Positions 9,572 through 20,482 are shown, counted from the first letter of the stretch. The stretch is 64,000 nucleotides of DNA from an uncultured delta proteobacterium (GCA_963715335.1 CAVQRZ010000043.1:1-64000), one strand, 5' to 3'. Notes: generated from the letters alone by a model not told the origin. Made by a program: numbers and translations.

Positions 9572-11209
9572 TCAAATCCGCAGCATTTGCTCACCCCAGC
9601 ACCGTTCTTCCATTTCGCACAACAGGTCAGAGAAGGATTCACGATTGCGGGCACTGACGGCGATCGCGTCAAAACGGCGACAGTAGGGTTCAACTTCTTC
9701 ACCGGGGACCAGGTCGATCTTGTTGAAAACCAGCAGCCTGGGAATTTCATGCAACTCCAGATCTCGCAGGATACGGTCTACAGAGCGAATCTGCTCTTCG
9801 AAACGCGGGTTGGCGAGATCGACCACGTGCAGCAGCAGGTGAGCATCGGCCAGCTCTTCCAGGGTTGCCTTGAAAGCCCCGAGCAGACTTTTCGGCAGGG
9901 CCCTGATAAAACCGACCGTATCGGTGATAATCACCTCGCGCTCATGCGGGAAGCGCAGACGACGGGTCGAAGTGTCCAGGGTTGCAAAAAGCAGATCTTC
10001 TGTAAAGACCTCACTCTGGGTCAGGGCGTTGAGCAGGGTTGATTTGCCCGCATTGGTATAACCGACAATCGACACGATCGGCACACCGGTCTTGATCCTC
10101 TTCTGCCGCCTCTGCAACCTCCCCTTGCCAAGGGACTTAAGCTGTTTTTCCAGGCGGGTGATGCGGTCACGGATCCGCCGCCGGTCTGTTTCCAGCTTGG
10201 TCTCACCGGGACCGCGGCCGCCAATCCCGCCCATCAGCCGCGACATGGCGGTACCTCTTCCGGTCAGTCGCGGCAGGATGTACTTGAGCTGGGCCAGTTC
10301 GACCTGGACCTTGCCGTCCAGGGTGTGGGCACGACGAGCGAAGATATCGAGAATCAACTGGCTGCGATCGATAACTTTCAGCTCAGTCATGGCGGCAATG
10401 GTCCGCGCCTGCACTGGAGTCAGGTCCTGATCGAAAACCAGCAGGGTCGCGCCCTTGTGCAAAGCACTGATGACGACCTCCTGGAGCTTGCCCTCCCCCA
10501 TCAGGGAGCGCGGGTGCAGCTTGCGCGACCGCTGCATAATGCGATCAAGGACAACCACGTCCGCGGTACGTGCCAGCTCCGCCAGCTCGTCCATGGCATC
10601 CTCGGCTTCTCTGATCGGCGCCTGGGTCACGGACAAAAGAATTGCTTTTTCCCGGGGGTCGCCAAGATCGACGGTCGCCGAGCGTGACTGTTCAAGCTCC
10701 GCATCCAGGGCGCGGATAAAAGCAGCGAAATCGATCTCCCAAGTGTGAATCGAGGCGATTGTCTGCAGCAAGTGAATCCGCCCATCCGGAGCGGGAGGGA
10801 TCAGGTGGGCCATGGACACCGGGCCGGGCAGACCATCCTCGCCGACCGCAATGCTGATCATCATATCCAGGCGTAACAGCGCGAGGTCGTTGAGATCGTC
10901 CTGGGACAGGGGCTCGCCCTTGAGGTGGGTGTGGATACAGCGCAGACCGCGCAGGCCGCTGCGACCGAGGCCGTAGCCGGACAGGTCGGGAATAACGATT
11001 TCGCGGTCATCGCCAAGGATGACGTTTTTCACTTCGCCACTGCGGTCGATGATCAGGCCGATCTGGCGGCGCAGCTCTCCTGATAATTCCGTCAGGTAGC
11101 GGGCCAGTTCCGGAGAGATCACCTCGCTGGCCACCAGGTGCCTCCGGTAAATTCTCTCAAGAGCCCTGACCTGGCTGGGTTTGAGTCCTGTGGTATTGCC
11201 GTGAATCAT
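9572..11209 (-). CDS. hflX: Ribosome-splitting GTPase HflX (long N-terminal form)
   Basis: GPGETKLETDRR, GYTNAGKS, LFATLD, DTVGF, NKID. Confidence 0.97.
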   Translation of the reverse strand: MIHGNTTGLKPSQVRALERIYRRHLVASEVISPELARYLTELSGELRRQIGLIIDRSGEVKNVILGDDREIVIPDLSGYGLGRSGLRGLRCIHTHLKGEPLSQDDLNDLALLRLDMMISIAVGEDGLPGPVSMAHLIPPAPDGRIHLLQTIASIHTWEIDFAAFIRALDAELEQSRSATVDLGDPREKAILLSVTQAPIREAEDAMDELAELARTADVVVLDRIMQRSRKLHPRSLMGEGKLQEVVISALHKGATLLVFDQDLTPVQARTIAAMTELKVIDRSQLILDIFARRAHTLDGKVQVELAQLKYILPRLTGRGTAMSRLMGGIGGRGPGETKLETDRRRIRDRITRLEKQLKSLGKGRLQRRQKRIKTGVPIVSIVGYTNAGKSTLLNALTQSEVFTEDLLFATLDTSTRRLRFPHEREVIITDTVGFIRALPKSLLGAFKATLEELADAHLLLHVVDLANPRFEEQIRSVDRILRDLELHEIPRLLVFNKIDLVPGEEVEPYCRRFDAIAVSARNRESFSDLLCEMEERCWGEQMLRI

Positions 11210-11298
11210 TATCACCTCTGTGTCATCAAGGGAGGGTGGGAGACGGAGAGTGGGCGGAACACTGACTGCCTCTCTCCGGCCTTCTCTATCCTACGAGA

Positions 11299-11320
11299 AA
11301 AGGCCCCTCCCGGGGCCTTC
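11299..11320 (-). terminator. Probable intrinsic terminator after fabI
   Basis: AAGGCCCC-loop-GGGGCCTTTT on the minus strand. Confidence 0.6.
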
Positions 11321-11343
11321 TTGAAAGTTATGTTTGACGATAA

Positions 11344-12111
11344 CTATCCCGCCGAGATATTGAAGCCGCTATCGACATAATGGACTTCCCCGGTCACACC
11401 GGAGGCAAGGTCTGACAGCAGGTAAAGACTGGCCTTGCCAACTTCCTCCTGGGTGACGGTGCGGCCCAGTGGACTACGCTCTTCCATGACATGCAGCTTG
11501 TCATTGAAATTGCCAATCCCGGAGGCAGCCAGAGTCTTGATCGGGCCTGCGGAGACGGCGTTGACGCGGATATTTCGCTTGCCAAGTTCCGCGGCCAGGT
11601 AACGCACTGAAGATTCCAGTGCCGCCTTGGCAACGCCCATAACATTATAGCCGGGGACCGCCATCACGGCCCCGAGGTAGGACATCGAAACGATGCTGCC
11701 GCCTTTCGGCATCAGGGGTATCGCGAACCGGGTCATGGCCACCAGGGAGTAGGCGCTGACGTCCATTGCCAGGGCAAAGCCTTCACGGCTGGTCTGGCTG
11801 AAGGGGTTCTTCAGATCCTCACGCCTGGCAAAAGCCACTGCATGAACGACAAAATCAATCGTCCCCCACTGTCGTTCCAGCTCTTTAAAGACCCCGGCGA
11901 TATCATCATCGGAAGCGACATCGCACGGCACGATGATCTTCGACTCAAGACTTTCTGCAAGGGGACGCACCCGCTTCTCCAGCGCTTCGTTGAGATAGGT
12001 GAACGCCAGTTCGGCACCGGCGCTATGGAGTTGCTGGGCAACCCCCCAGGCGATACTCTTCTCGTTGGCAACGCCAAAAATGACGCCCCGCTTGCCATCC
12101 ATCAAACCCAT
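11344..12111 (-). CDS. fabI: Enoyl-ACP reductase (NADH)
   Basis: GVANEKSIAWG, YNVMGVAKAALE, SAGPIKTLA. Confidence 0.97.
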   Translation of the reverse strand: MGLMDGKRGVIFGVANEKSIAWGVAQQLHSAGAELAFTYLNEALEKRVRPLAESLESKIIVPCDVASDDDIAGVFKELERQWGTIDFVVHAVAFARREDLKNPFSQTSREGFALAMDVSAYSLVAMTRFAIPLMPKGGSIVSMSYLGAVMAVPGYNVMGVAKAALESSVRYLAAELGKRNIRVNAVSAGPIKTLAASGIGNFNDKLHVMEERSPLGRTVTQEEVGKASLYLLSDLASGVTGEVHYVDSGFNISAG

Positions 12112-12196
12112 TTAAACATCCTCCTGAAGATTGAGTAATCGGGAGCTGTCTTATCAGATAGATCAGCTTAAGGCAAGGATTTGCCGCAATCTTTTG

Positions 12197-12976
12197 CTAA
12201 TTGCCTGCCTTTGTATCATTTTCACCGATTATGGTCAGGATGGCCTCGGCTTTCCTGTATCCCGGCAGAACCCGCCCGTCGGGCATGACCAGGGTCGGCG
12301 TTGAATGAATGCCGAGTTCTCCGACGAGTGCGATCGTCTGATCGACGACCGGGCTGTTGCAGTTTGGCGCGGGCAACGGTTTGCCGGCAAAACTCAACTC
12401 GAGGTACTCCATCGAGTTGTTGCAGACGATGCTTTTCGAGATATCGTAGGCGTTCGGATGCATCTTCAACGGGAAAAGTTTGATCAGAAAAGCCACCTCG
12501 GGGTCGCGCCGAATGACCTCCTTGAGCTCTTCATGGAGTTTTTTACAATAGGGGCACTCCGGGTCGGTGAAAACAATAACCCTGGTCTTCGCCGATGGCT
12601 TGCCGAGCAGCAGGGCATCGGTCAGCGGGATTTTGCTGACATCAATGCTGTTCATACGCACACTGCGCTGCAGGGTCAGGTTCTCTTTATCATTCAGGCG
12701 AATGACGTTGCCGGATACCAGGTACTGCTTCGAGAAATCGATGTAGACAGGCAGTTTTTTCTGATTCTTTTCCACCTCCGCCACCCACATGCCCGGCAGC
12801 TCGGCAAATTCCACGCTGTTGACTTTATCAACCATGCCGTCGAGCAGTTGTTCGGTTTCCGCCATGGTGATGCTGTGGCATTCAGCGCAGGTCCCTGCAC
12901 CGCAACCATCCGGGGACATGGCGAAGGCACCGTGCACGACCAGCATCATGCTGATGGAAACAATAAAGATCCGCAT
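12197..12976 (-). CDS. dsbC: DsbC/DsbG-family disulfide isomerase with N-terminal CxxCH
   Basis: Signal peptide; FTDPECPYC active site; STPT cis-Pro loop; CAECH near the N-terminus. Confidence 0.88.
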   Translation of the reverse strand: MRIFIVSISMMLVVHGAFAMSPDGCGAGTCAECHSITMAETEQLLDGMVDKVNSVEFAELPGMWVAEVEKNQKKLPVYIDFSKQYLVSGNVIRLNDKENLTLQRSVRMNSIDVSKIPLTDALLLGKPSAKTRVIVFTDPECPYCKKLHEELKEVIRRDPEVAFLIKLFPLKMHPNAYDISKSIVCNNSMEYLELSFAGKPLPAPNCNSPVVDQTIALVGELGIHSTPTLVMPDGRVLPGYRKAEAILTIIGENDTKAGN

Positions 12977-13150
12977 AAATCCGTCTTTCTCCGGCATTTT
13001 GACCGGCGGGGAGGTGATGCATCGAGTGCTATTCTAGCGAATAACAAGCTTATACAACAAGATTGACAGTTAAAAAACCTGAAAAAATTGACTTCCGATG
13101 CAATCTTTCGTAATAACTCGCCTCATGAACTTCTTTACAGGCACGGCAAC

Positions 13151-13711
13151 ATGGATGCCATAACCCTGCTCGGACTGGCGCTGGCGCTGGCCATGGACGC
13201 TTTTGCCGTCGCTCTCGGCACGGGCACTGTGCTGGCACGCCTGACCGGACGGCACATCTTCCGCCTCGGCTTTCATTTCGGCCTTTTCCAGGCCCTGATG
13301 CCGGTGATCGGCTGGCTGGCCGGCCAGACTGTCGTCCAGTTTATCTCGGCCTGGGACCACTGGATCGCGTTTACCCTGCTGGCATTGATCGGCGCTCGGA
13401 TGATTCACGAAGCTTTAAACGACGATGAGAAACCTGATGATCGCGACCCGACCCGGGGGGCAAGCCTGGTGATGCTTTCCATTGCAACCAGCATCGATGC
13501 CCTGGCTGTCGGGTTCTCCCTGAGCGTGATCGGGGTCTCGATCTGGTTTCCGGCGTTCATCATCGGCCTGGTGGCCGGTGTATTGACCGTTGTCGGCATG
13601 CTGGTAGGCCGCCGCATTGGCGACCGCTGGGGTTCGCGGGTGGAAATTCTGGGCGGGCTCGTCCTGATTGCAATCGGCGCCAGAATCCTTTGCGAGCACC
13701 TGCTGGTTTGA
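13151..13711 (+). CDS. mntP: Manganese efflux pump MntP
   Basis: AMDAFAV, FGLFQALMP, ATSIDALAVG motifs. Confidence 0.95.
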   Translation: MDAITLLGLALALAMDAFAVALGTGTVLARLTGRHIFRLGFHFGLFQALMPVIGWLAGQTVVQFISAWDHWIAFTLLALIGARMIHEALNDDEKPDDRDPTRGASLVMLSIATSIDALAVGFSLSVIGVSIWFPAFIIGLVAGVLTVVGMLVGRRIGDRWGSRVEILGGLVLIAIGARILCEHLLV

Positions 13712-13850
13712 AGTAGGTTCGAGCTATAGTCCTCCCCATTCTTGTTATAATTCTTATTTACGGTAATATCGATAGTAAAGCTTGCCGTCTTTAATCCTAC
13801 TGGCAGGATTCGTTTATTCAATACCACAAAATACTTAGATCGGGGGGTTG

Positions 13851-14939
13851 ATGAAACTGCATCTCGAGCCCTTGTCGGCCGAACGTCTCGAACAAGCGAA
13901 ATGGGCTTATACCACGCGCCGGATCAATCGTGACCGCCCAATCCAGTTGCTCAGCGGGCCGATTATTCCTGAGGCCGGCGATCTGGTGCTGGCCAGCGTT
14001 GAGGAATTAGGGCAACACAAGCGCCTGGAGCTGGTCAGCAGTCGCCGTGCAACGCTGTTCGAAGGCGACGAGATTATCGTCGCCTATGGCAACCGGTATG
14101 CTCCGGACCAGTTTGAAGGAATTGTCCCCGATCACCTCGGGGCCTGCCGGCTGGTCGCCGCCGGAGGAGTGGCTGCCCGCCTGTTGAATCGACACGACAA
14201 GATCAAGACAGCGACCCGGATCAAGCCTCTGGGGTTGCTTGCCGACGCAGACGGCCACCGCATCAATCTCAGTTCCTCACGTCTGCCCAGAGCGGATCAG
14301 CTCGTGCCGGCTCCCCTGGTCCTGGTAGTGGCCGGCACTTCCATGAACTCGGGCAAGACAACCGCCTGCGCCAACCTGGTCAAAGGCTTTGTTCGACAAA
14401 AGATCAAGGTCGCCGCCGCCAAGTTCACCGGCACCGGCGCCGGGGCCGATTATCGTTCGCTGGTCGATGCCGGGGCCACCCCGGTCTTTGATTTCATCGA
14501 TGCCGGCTATGTTTCCACCTACCGGGTCCATCGCGATGTGCTGCACGACATCGTCATGACCCTTGGTGCGGCAATGGCGGCATCAGGGCCTGACGTAATT
14601 ATTGTCGAAGTGGCCGACGGTTTGCTGCAGCGAGAGACAGCCCGTCTTTTTGCAACGCCGTCATTCACCGACTGGATCGACGGTGTCATTTTTGCTGCCA
14701 ACGATGCCCTGGGGGCCCAGGCCGGCATCTCGTGGCTGACAGCCCGCCAGCTTCCGGTGTTCGCGATCACCGGTGTCTTGACCTCGTCCGCTCTGGCCTG
14801 CCGGGAAGCAGAGGATATCTGCGGCTTGCCGGTCTACCATACCAATGCCCTGGCCCGCCCGAGCGTTTCAAGCTACGTCTACAAATGCCTTGAATTCAGG
14901 CGTCGCAACCGGATGGCCTCCGCAGGTAAGAGTGCCTGA
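13851..14939 (+). CDS. DUF1611-like P-loop NTPase-fold protein
   Basis: GTSMNSGKTT Walker A, KFTGTG, DVIIVEVADG; N-terminal YGNRYAPDQFEG. Confidence 0.75.
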   Translation: MKLHLEPLSAERLEQAKWAYTTRRINRDRPIQLLSGPIIPEAGDLVLASVEELGQHKRLELVSSRRATLFEGDEIIVAYGNRYAPDQFEGIVPDHLGACRLVAAGGVAARLLNRHDKIKTATRIKPLGLLADADGHRINLSSSRLPRADQLVPAPLVLVVAGTSMNSGKTTACANLVKGFVRQKIKVAAAKFTGTGAGADYRSLVDAGATPVFDFIDAGYVSTYRVHRDVLHDIVMTLGAAMAASGPDVIIVEVADGLLQRETARLFATPSFTDWIDGVIFAANDALGAQAGISWLTARQLPVFAITGVLTSSALACREAEDICGLPVYHTNALARPSVSSYVYKCLEFRRRNRMASAGKSA

Positions 14940-16651
14940 TGAGCGAGCTCCCCGTCATCTTTTTCCAGGCGAGACGCTGGCTGTTCCTGCGGCTGGTCGG
15001 CAACGGCACGCTCCAGGCAACAAGCATCATTGTATCGATGTTGCTGGTCAGGCACGCCTTCGATGTGCTCCTGAACCCGGAATTCGATGACCCCGAAGTT
15101 CACATGTTCAAGTTAACCCAGGTCTGGGAAATTGCCCTTTTCGCCCTTTGTCTGCTGGGCAGCACCGGATTTGCCGCCTGGCTGCGCTATATCGAGAGAA
15201 TCGATGCGGAACGTTTGGGACAGGCGTACATTCACGAGGTCCGGATTGCCGTCTTCGATCGCATGAGCAGGTTCGCTCCCCGGGCTCTGAGCGGTCGCAC
15301 GACCGGTTCTTCGATGCTGCGCTTTATCGGCGACCTGTCGGCAATTCGCAGCTGGATCAGTCTCGGCCTGGCCAGGATCGTCGTCTCCCTGATTGTTACG
15401 GTCATTTCGATCGGCGTTCTGGCGTTCTTCGATCTTTACCTGGCCGTCTGCGCCATTTTCATCCTGTCGCTCGGCCTGGGATGGAATCTCAGAATGGGGC
15501 CGAACATTCATCGGGTCATAACCGAGGCACGCCGCCGGCGCGGACAGCTGGCCGGGAATATCAACGAGAAGATTCGTTCATACATCGTTATTCAGGCGTT
15601 CAATCAGCGCTCTCGCGAACGCAAACGCTTCAAGAAGCACAGTAAACGGTTGAGTGAATCGATGATCGATCGAGCTGCGGCTTCCGCGATCATGAGGATT
15701 ATCAACGAAGGCGCCACAGCCCTGTCCATGGCGGCAATCCTGTCAATCGGTGCCCTGGAAGTCTTTCGCGGACAGACGACTGCCGGCAACGTGGTCGCCG
15801 CAATGGCCGTTGTCGGTTTTCTCTCCAACGCCTTCCGCGACCTTGGTCGTGTTCACGAATACCTGCAGGCTTACCGCGTTTCGAAAAAGAAAATTATCGA
15901 ATTCATGGACACGACACCCTTGCGTGGCCGTTCCTCGAAGCTTCCGCGACTACAGGTCAGCAAGGGTGAGATAGAGTTGCAGGAGATCAGGTTACGCGGT
16001 GTGCTCAGAAGCATCAACGGCACCATTCCGGGCGGCTCCCGGCTGGCTATAATCGGCGACAACGGTGCAGGAAAGTCAACCTTGCTGCAGGTTGTTGCCA
16101 GGCTGGTTGACCCTGACCGCGGCAAGGTTCTCATCGATGGCCAGGACATCAGGCGCTGCAACCTGGCCTCGGTCCGCGAGGCGATCGGCATCGTCAGTCC
16201 GGACCTGCCTTTATTCAAAGGATCGATCAGCTACAACCTGCAATACCGCAAACCCGACGCCTCTGACGAAGAACTTTCAAGAGTGCATCAACTATGCAAA
16301 ATCGATGATCTGCTGGAACAGTTGCCAGGCGGTAAAGATTTCCGCATCAAGGAGGGGGGCACCAACCTGTCGCTGGGTCAGCGTCACAAACTGGCCCTGG
16401 CACGGGCCATCCTCGGACAGCCAGCCATCCTGATCGTTGACGAGATCGATGCAAACCTTGACCAACAGGCGATCATGGTCCTTGAAGACGTTCTGACCAA
16501 CTTCAACGGGACAGTCCTCATGGTCAGCCGTTTTGAGGATCGACTGGCCATGGCAGATTATTACTGGCACCTGAAAGACGGCGGACTGGACGCTGTGACC
16601 AGGACTCCCCCGGCGACGGCCAGGATGTCATCAGAGCCAAATAACCCGTAA
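14939..16651 (+). CDS. ABC exporter, fused permease and ATPase
   Basis: Multi-TM N-terminus; GDNGAGKS, LSLGQ, ILIVDE; switch His appears absent (VSRF). Confidence 0.92.
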   Translation: MSELPVIFFQARRWLFLRLVGNGTLQATSIIVSMLLVRHAFDVLLNPEFDDPEVHMFKLTQVWEIALFALCLLGSTGFAAWLRYIERIDAERLGQAYIHEVRIAVFDRMSRFAPRALSGRTTGSSMLRFIGDLSAIRSWISLGLARIVVSLIVTVISIGVLAFFDLYLAVCAIFILSLGLGWNLRMGPNIHRVITEARRRRGQLAGNINEKIRSYIVIQAFNQRSRERKRFKKHSKRLSESMIDRAAASAIMRIINEGATALSMAAILSIGALEVFRGQTTAGNVVAAMAVVGFLSNAFRDLGRVHEYLQAYRVSKKKIIEFMDTTPLRGRSSKLPRLQVSKGEIELQEIRLRGVLRSINGTIPGGSRLAIIGDNGAGKSTLLQVVARLVDPDRGKVLIDGQDIRRCNLASVREAIGIVSPDLPLFKGSISYNLQYRKPDASDEELSRVHQLCKIDDLLEQLPGGKDFRIKEGGTNLSLGQRHKLALARAILGQPAILIVDEIDANLDQQAIMVLEDVLTNFNGTVLMVSRFEDRLAMADYYWHLKDGGLDAVTRTPPATARMSSEPNNP

Positions 16652-16663
16652 AGGCTAATTTTT

Positions 16664-17470
16664 ATGACTACCAAACTTAACCGCGGGACAATCCATCACC
16701 GCACCATCGACGGCATGTCGCAACTGGAGTATTTTCTTTATATCCCCGAGACATACCAGGATGACGGCAAAATCCTCTACACGATCCATGGCATCTCCAG
16801 AAATGCGGAAGAGCATATCCGGGGCTTCGTCGCCCAGGCGGAACGACACGGAGCCGTTCTTGTTGCGCCGCTTTTCCGCAAAGAAAATTTTCCCCGCTAT
16901 CAGCAGCTCGGCACCAATGTTCAGCAGGAACGCGCCGATATGGCCTTCGACCATATTCTTCAGGATGCGCACCACGGGCTGGGGGTTTCACCGGCACCGA
17001 TGAGGATGTTCGGCTTTTCCGGAGGAGGTCAGTTCCTGCATCGATATGCGATGTTCTATCCGAAGCGTGTTGCCAGAATGGTGCTTGCGGCTCCAGGCTG
17101 GTACACCTTCCCGGACCCTGAACGGAAATATCCGTACGGGTTAAAATCAACCAGTGATTGGCCGCAGCTGCAGTTCTCCCTGGAAAATTTTCTACGGATA
17201 CCGACCCTGGTTCTGGTTGGTGAAGAAGATGACCTTCGTGACAAGGATCTGAACAAGGATCGTGAAATCGATTCTTTCCAGGGTTTAAACCGTATTGAAC
17301 GCGCTGAACGCTGGGTCAGCTCGAATCGCAACCTGGCACGTTCATATGATATTCCTGCCGATTTTCGTCTGGAAACGATTCCCAACGCGAGCCATGCCTA
17401 CGAGAGTTATATGGGACATCCCCCCCTTGACGAGCAGGTCTTCAAATTCCTTTTTGAAAACCTGGCATAA
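16664..17470 (+). CDS. Alpha/beta hydrolase (esterase-like)
   Basis: IHG oxyanion motif, GFSGGG nucleophile elbow, GEED and ASH candidate triad residues; no signal peptide. Confidence 0.85.
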   Translation: MTTKLNRGTIHHRTIDGMSQLEYFLYIPETYQDDGKILYTIHGISRNAEEHIRGFVAQAERHGAVLVAPLFRKENFPRYQQLGTNVQQERADMAFDHILQDAHHGLGVSPAPMRMFGFSGGGQFLHRYAMFYPKRVARMVLAAPGWYTFPDPERKYPYGLKSTSDWPQLQFSLENFLRIPTLVLVGEEDDLRDKDLNKDREIDSFQGLNRIERAERWVSSNRNLARSYDIPADFRLETIPNASHAYESYMGHPPLDEQVFKFLFENLA

Positions 17471-17521
17471 AAAAAGGCCCAACCAGGATACCGGATGGGC
17501 CCGGGCACAAAGCTCAGGACA

Positions 17522-18297
17522 TTAGAACGTCTTGCCGTCCTTGAAGTTTCGATATGATACGGTGTGCTGATGCTGCTCCTGATTTTTTTACGATGTACTT
17601 CTTGTACTCTTTGCCTTCCCGGACGATGATCCGGCACTTTTCTTCGAGCCCTTCCATCTTCAGGCAAATCCGGTCATCCTTGCTGACACGCCAGGTCCCG
17701 TAGCGCGGGGACCCATCTCTGACCTGTTCAAGCGTACCGTCCAGGGCGTAGTAAGTCAGGCTGACACGCCCTTGACTTGCGGTCACTGATTCAACCGTCT
17801 TCCCGGCAAAAAGCTCAACAAGCTCTTTCTCCCTGAGCGTACCCGATGGGCAGAAGCGGTTCCGTCGACAGTTTCTGCAGTTGGTTGCCCTGGAGAAACT
17901 CGCTATAGGACTGTTCATACTCGTGATTGCCGTCCCTTTTCGCGGCATACTGGTGATATTGATCGCCGTCCTTGATAATCACCCGGCAGTCACGGTGCTC
18001 GCCTACCAGGTCGATACATAGGCGACCATCTTCACGCACGTACCACTCGCCAGTTTTCTGCCAGTTGCCTCGGATCTCTGTCACCTTGCCGTCTTCGGCA
18101 AAATAATAGAGCTCCACCCTCTCCTTGCCGGCAATTTTTGCAGCAGCAGTTCGGCCTGTGAATTGCTGCTTGAGCTGCTCGGCATTCAAGGCCCCGTCCG
18201 GCAGGACGATCGGTGGCTCTCCGGCCATTGCAAACAGGTCTGCAGAAAGGCACAGAATCAGAACAGAAAGAATTGAAGCGACCCTTAAAGATCTCAT
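17522..18297 (-). CDS. Exported protein with two tandem DUF995-like beta domains; two apparent +1 frameshifts (~17842 and ~17575)
   Basis: Signal peptide; repeat F.G.T..YY..DG..G.W.V..D.R.C......CR.I...G..Y..Y seen in both ORFs 17815..18357 and 17514..17948. Confidence 0.75.
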
Positions 18298-18404
18298 GAT
18301 TAATCCCTTCATAGTTTTTGATGATAGGTTTTGCTGATAACGTGGAAATTCTACCATGATTCCGGGGAGAAATCACGCCAGGAAAGAGATTTGGCCTCAG
18401 CGGC

Positions 18405-19280
18405 TCACATCCAGGCGGTAATCAGCCGGCAAGGAATTGTAGCTCTGATCTCCTCAACACAACGGTACGGGATTTTCAGGTTGCCGCGCCCGGCGCCCAT
18501 GACGATCCCGTTCCTGATCGGCTGATGGAAATCGGAGCCGCCGGTCACGATCAGCCCCAGCGTGCGCGCAAGGGTAATGTAACGATCAATGTCGTCGTTG
18601 CCCGCTCCTGAGTAATAAGCCTCGAGGCCATCCAGTCCCCTGGCTATGAACTGGTGGAGAAGATCGACCAGCGTGTCATCATCGACGCCGATCAACGGCG
18701 GGTGGGCGAGGACGGTACAGCCCCCGGCGTCGTGGATCAGGCGGATCGCATCATCAATCGGGAAAAACCGTTTCTGTTCATTGCACGGGACCAGGTAGCG
18801 TTCAAAGGCGGCGTCCATACTCTGGACATGGCCGGCGGCAAGCAGGGCATGACCGATATGCGGGCGGCCGATCGTGCCCTCTGCCCGGCTTTTGATGTCG
18901 GCGGGATCAAGGGGCTGACGCCCTTCTTTTTTCAGTTGCCGGTTGATGTTTTCGACAATTCGCAGGCTGCGTCCGGCACGAAAGTCACGGAATCCGGTCA
19001 GGGCGGCTTTTAACGCCTGGTTTTCATGATCGAATCCATAGCCCAGCAGGTGCAGGTCCTGGTAATCCTGCCAGACGACCGACAGTTCGACGGCAGAGAT
19101 AACCTCGACGCCTAGTCGCCGACCCGCAGCAACAGCTTCCGGAATGCCGTCGACATTATCGTGGTCCGCCAGGGCAATTGCCCGCAAGCCGATTCTGGCC
19201 GCCTCGGCAACCAGTTCAGTTGGCGTCATGACGCCGTCGGAGAAGATGCTGTGTAGGTGAAGGTCAACGAGATCGGGCAT
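18405..19280 (-). CDS. PHP-domain phosphoesterase (TrpH/YciV-like)
   Basis: DLHLHS..SDG, ADHD, LAHP, TGGSDFH. Confidence 0.93.
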   Translation of the reverse strand: MPDLVDLHLHSIFSDGVMTPTELVAEAARIGLRAIALADHDNVDGIPEAVAAGRRLGVEVISAVELSVVWQDYQDLHLLGYGFDHENQALKAALTGFRDFRAGRSLRIVENINRQLKKEGRQPLDPADIKSRAEGTIGRPHIGHALLAAGHVQSMDAAFERYLVPCNEQKRFFPIDDAIRLIHDAGGCTVLAHPPLIGVDDDTLVDLLHQFIARGLDGLEAYYSGAGNDDIDRYITLARTLGLIVTGGSDFHQPIRNGIVMGAGRGNLKIPYRCVEEIRATIPCRLITAWM

Positions 19281-19331
19281 TCGGGTACCGGTCGAAATGC
19301 AGTAGATTAATTTTGACATGATAGCATAAAA

Positions 19332-19364
19332 ACGAGGGACGAGGGACGAGGGACGAGGGACGAG
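19332..19364. repeat. Heptanucleotide tandem repeat (ACGAGGG)x4.7
   Basis: Read directly from the sequence, in a divergent intergenic region. Confidence 0.95.
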
Positions 19365-19516
19365 AAAGGCTATCCTATCAAAGTGTGGTGTCACGCAATG
19401 TTCCACCGGCATGATTTTGATTTCCGCGTTCCCCGTACCTCTTTCCGTTCTTTTATAATTGACATCCCCAACGGGTCATGCTTCCATTCACAACATCACG
19501 CAATGCACCACGGGAC

Positions 19517-20482
19517 ATGATGAGCGCACTTCTCGAAGTCAAAAACCTGCGGACCTATTTCTTTACCGGTGAGGGCCTGGTCAAGGCGATCGCCGGGATC
19601 GACTTTAAAATCGACCGCGGCGAGACACTCGCCCTGGTTGGCGAGTCAGGGTGCGGAAAATCGATGACCGCGCTGTCCCTCCTGCGCCTGGTCCCCGAAC
19701 CCGGACGCATCGTTGAGGGAGATGTCAGGTTTGACAACCTGGATATTTTGCACATGCCCGAAACCGAGATTCGTCGAGTCCGAGGCAATCGCATCGGCAT
19801 GATCTTCCAGGAACCTATGACCTCGCTCAACCCGGTCTTCCGCATCGGCGACCAGATCATAGAAAGCCTGCAACTGCATCGCGGCTACGGCAAGGACAAG
19901 TCGGTGAAGATTGCTGCCGAGCTGCTGCATAGCGTCGGTATTCCTGCGGCAGGGCAAAGACTGAAAGACTACCCGCACCAACTCTCCGGCGGCATGCGCC
20001 AGCGAGTCATGATTGCTATGGCGCTGGCCTGCAATCCGCAACTGCTGATTGCCGATGAACCAACCACCGCTCTCGACGTTACGATCCAGGCGCAGATCAT
20101 GGACCTGCTCGGCAAGATCAAGGCAGAGCGCAATATGGCGACCCTGTTGATTACCCACGATCTCGGTGTGGTTGCTGAAAATGCCGATCGGGTGGCCATC
20201 ATGTACGCCGGGCTGATTCTCGAGACCGCCCCGGTCAAGGAAATCTACGCCAACCCGATCCATCCCTATACCCGTGGGCTCCTTGCCTGCATTCCGCGGG
20301 TCGGTGAACGCCGCAAGCGCCTGGTCCCGATCGAGGGGAGCGTGCCAAAGCCGGGGTCCGGTAACGAGGGATGCTCTTTCCTCGAACGTTGCGACGAATC
20401 TTTCGCCCCGTGCCGGGGAGAAGTCCCATCACTCAAAGAGGTGCAGCCCGGACACTGGGTGCGCTGCTGGCAGGTGCAATGA
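19517..20482 (+). CDS. oppD: Oligopeptide/dipeptide ABC transporter ATPase OppD/DppD
   Basis: [32 protein letters not shown]. Confidence 0.92.
   Translation: MMSALLEVKNLRTYFFTGEGLVKAIAGIDFKIDRGETLALVGESGCGKSMTALSLLRLVPEPGRIVEGDVRFDNLDILHMPETEIRRVRGNRIGMIFQEPMTSLNPVFRIGDQIIESLQLHRGYGKDKSVKIAAELLHSVGIPAAGQRLKDYPHQLSGGMRQRVMIAMALACNPQLLIADEPTTALDVTIQAQIMDLLGKIKAERNMATLLITHDLGVVAENADRVAIMYAGLILETAPVKEIYANPIHPYTRGLLACIPRVGERRKRLVPIEGSVPKPGSGNEGCSFLERCDESFAPCRGEVPSLKEVQPGHWVRCWQVQ

Noticed and set aside
13075..13150. yybP-ykoY Mn riboswitch upstream of mntP
   Set aside because: Leader is too short and lacks the conserved motif
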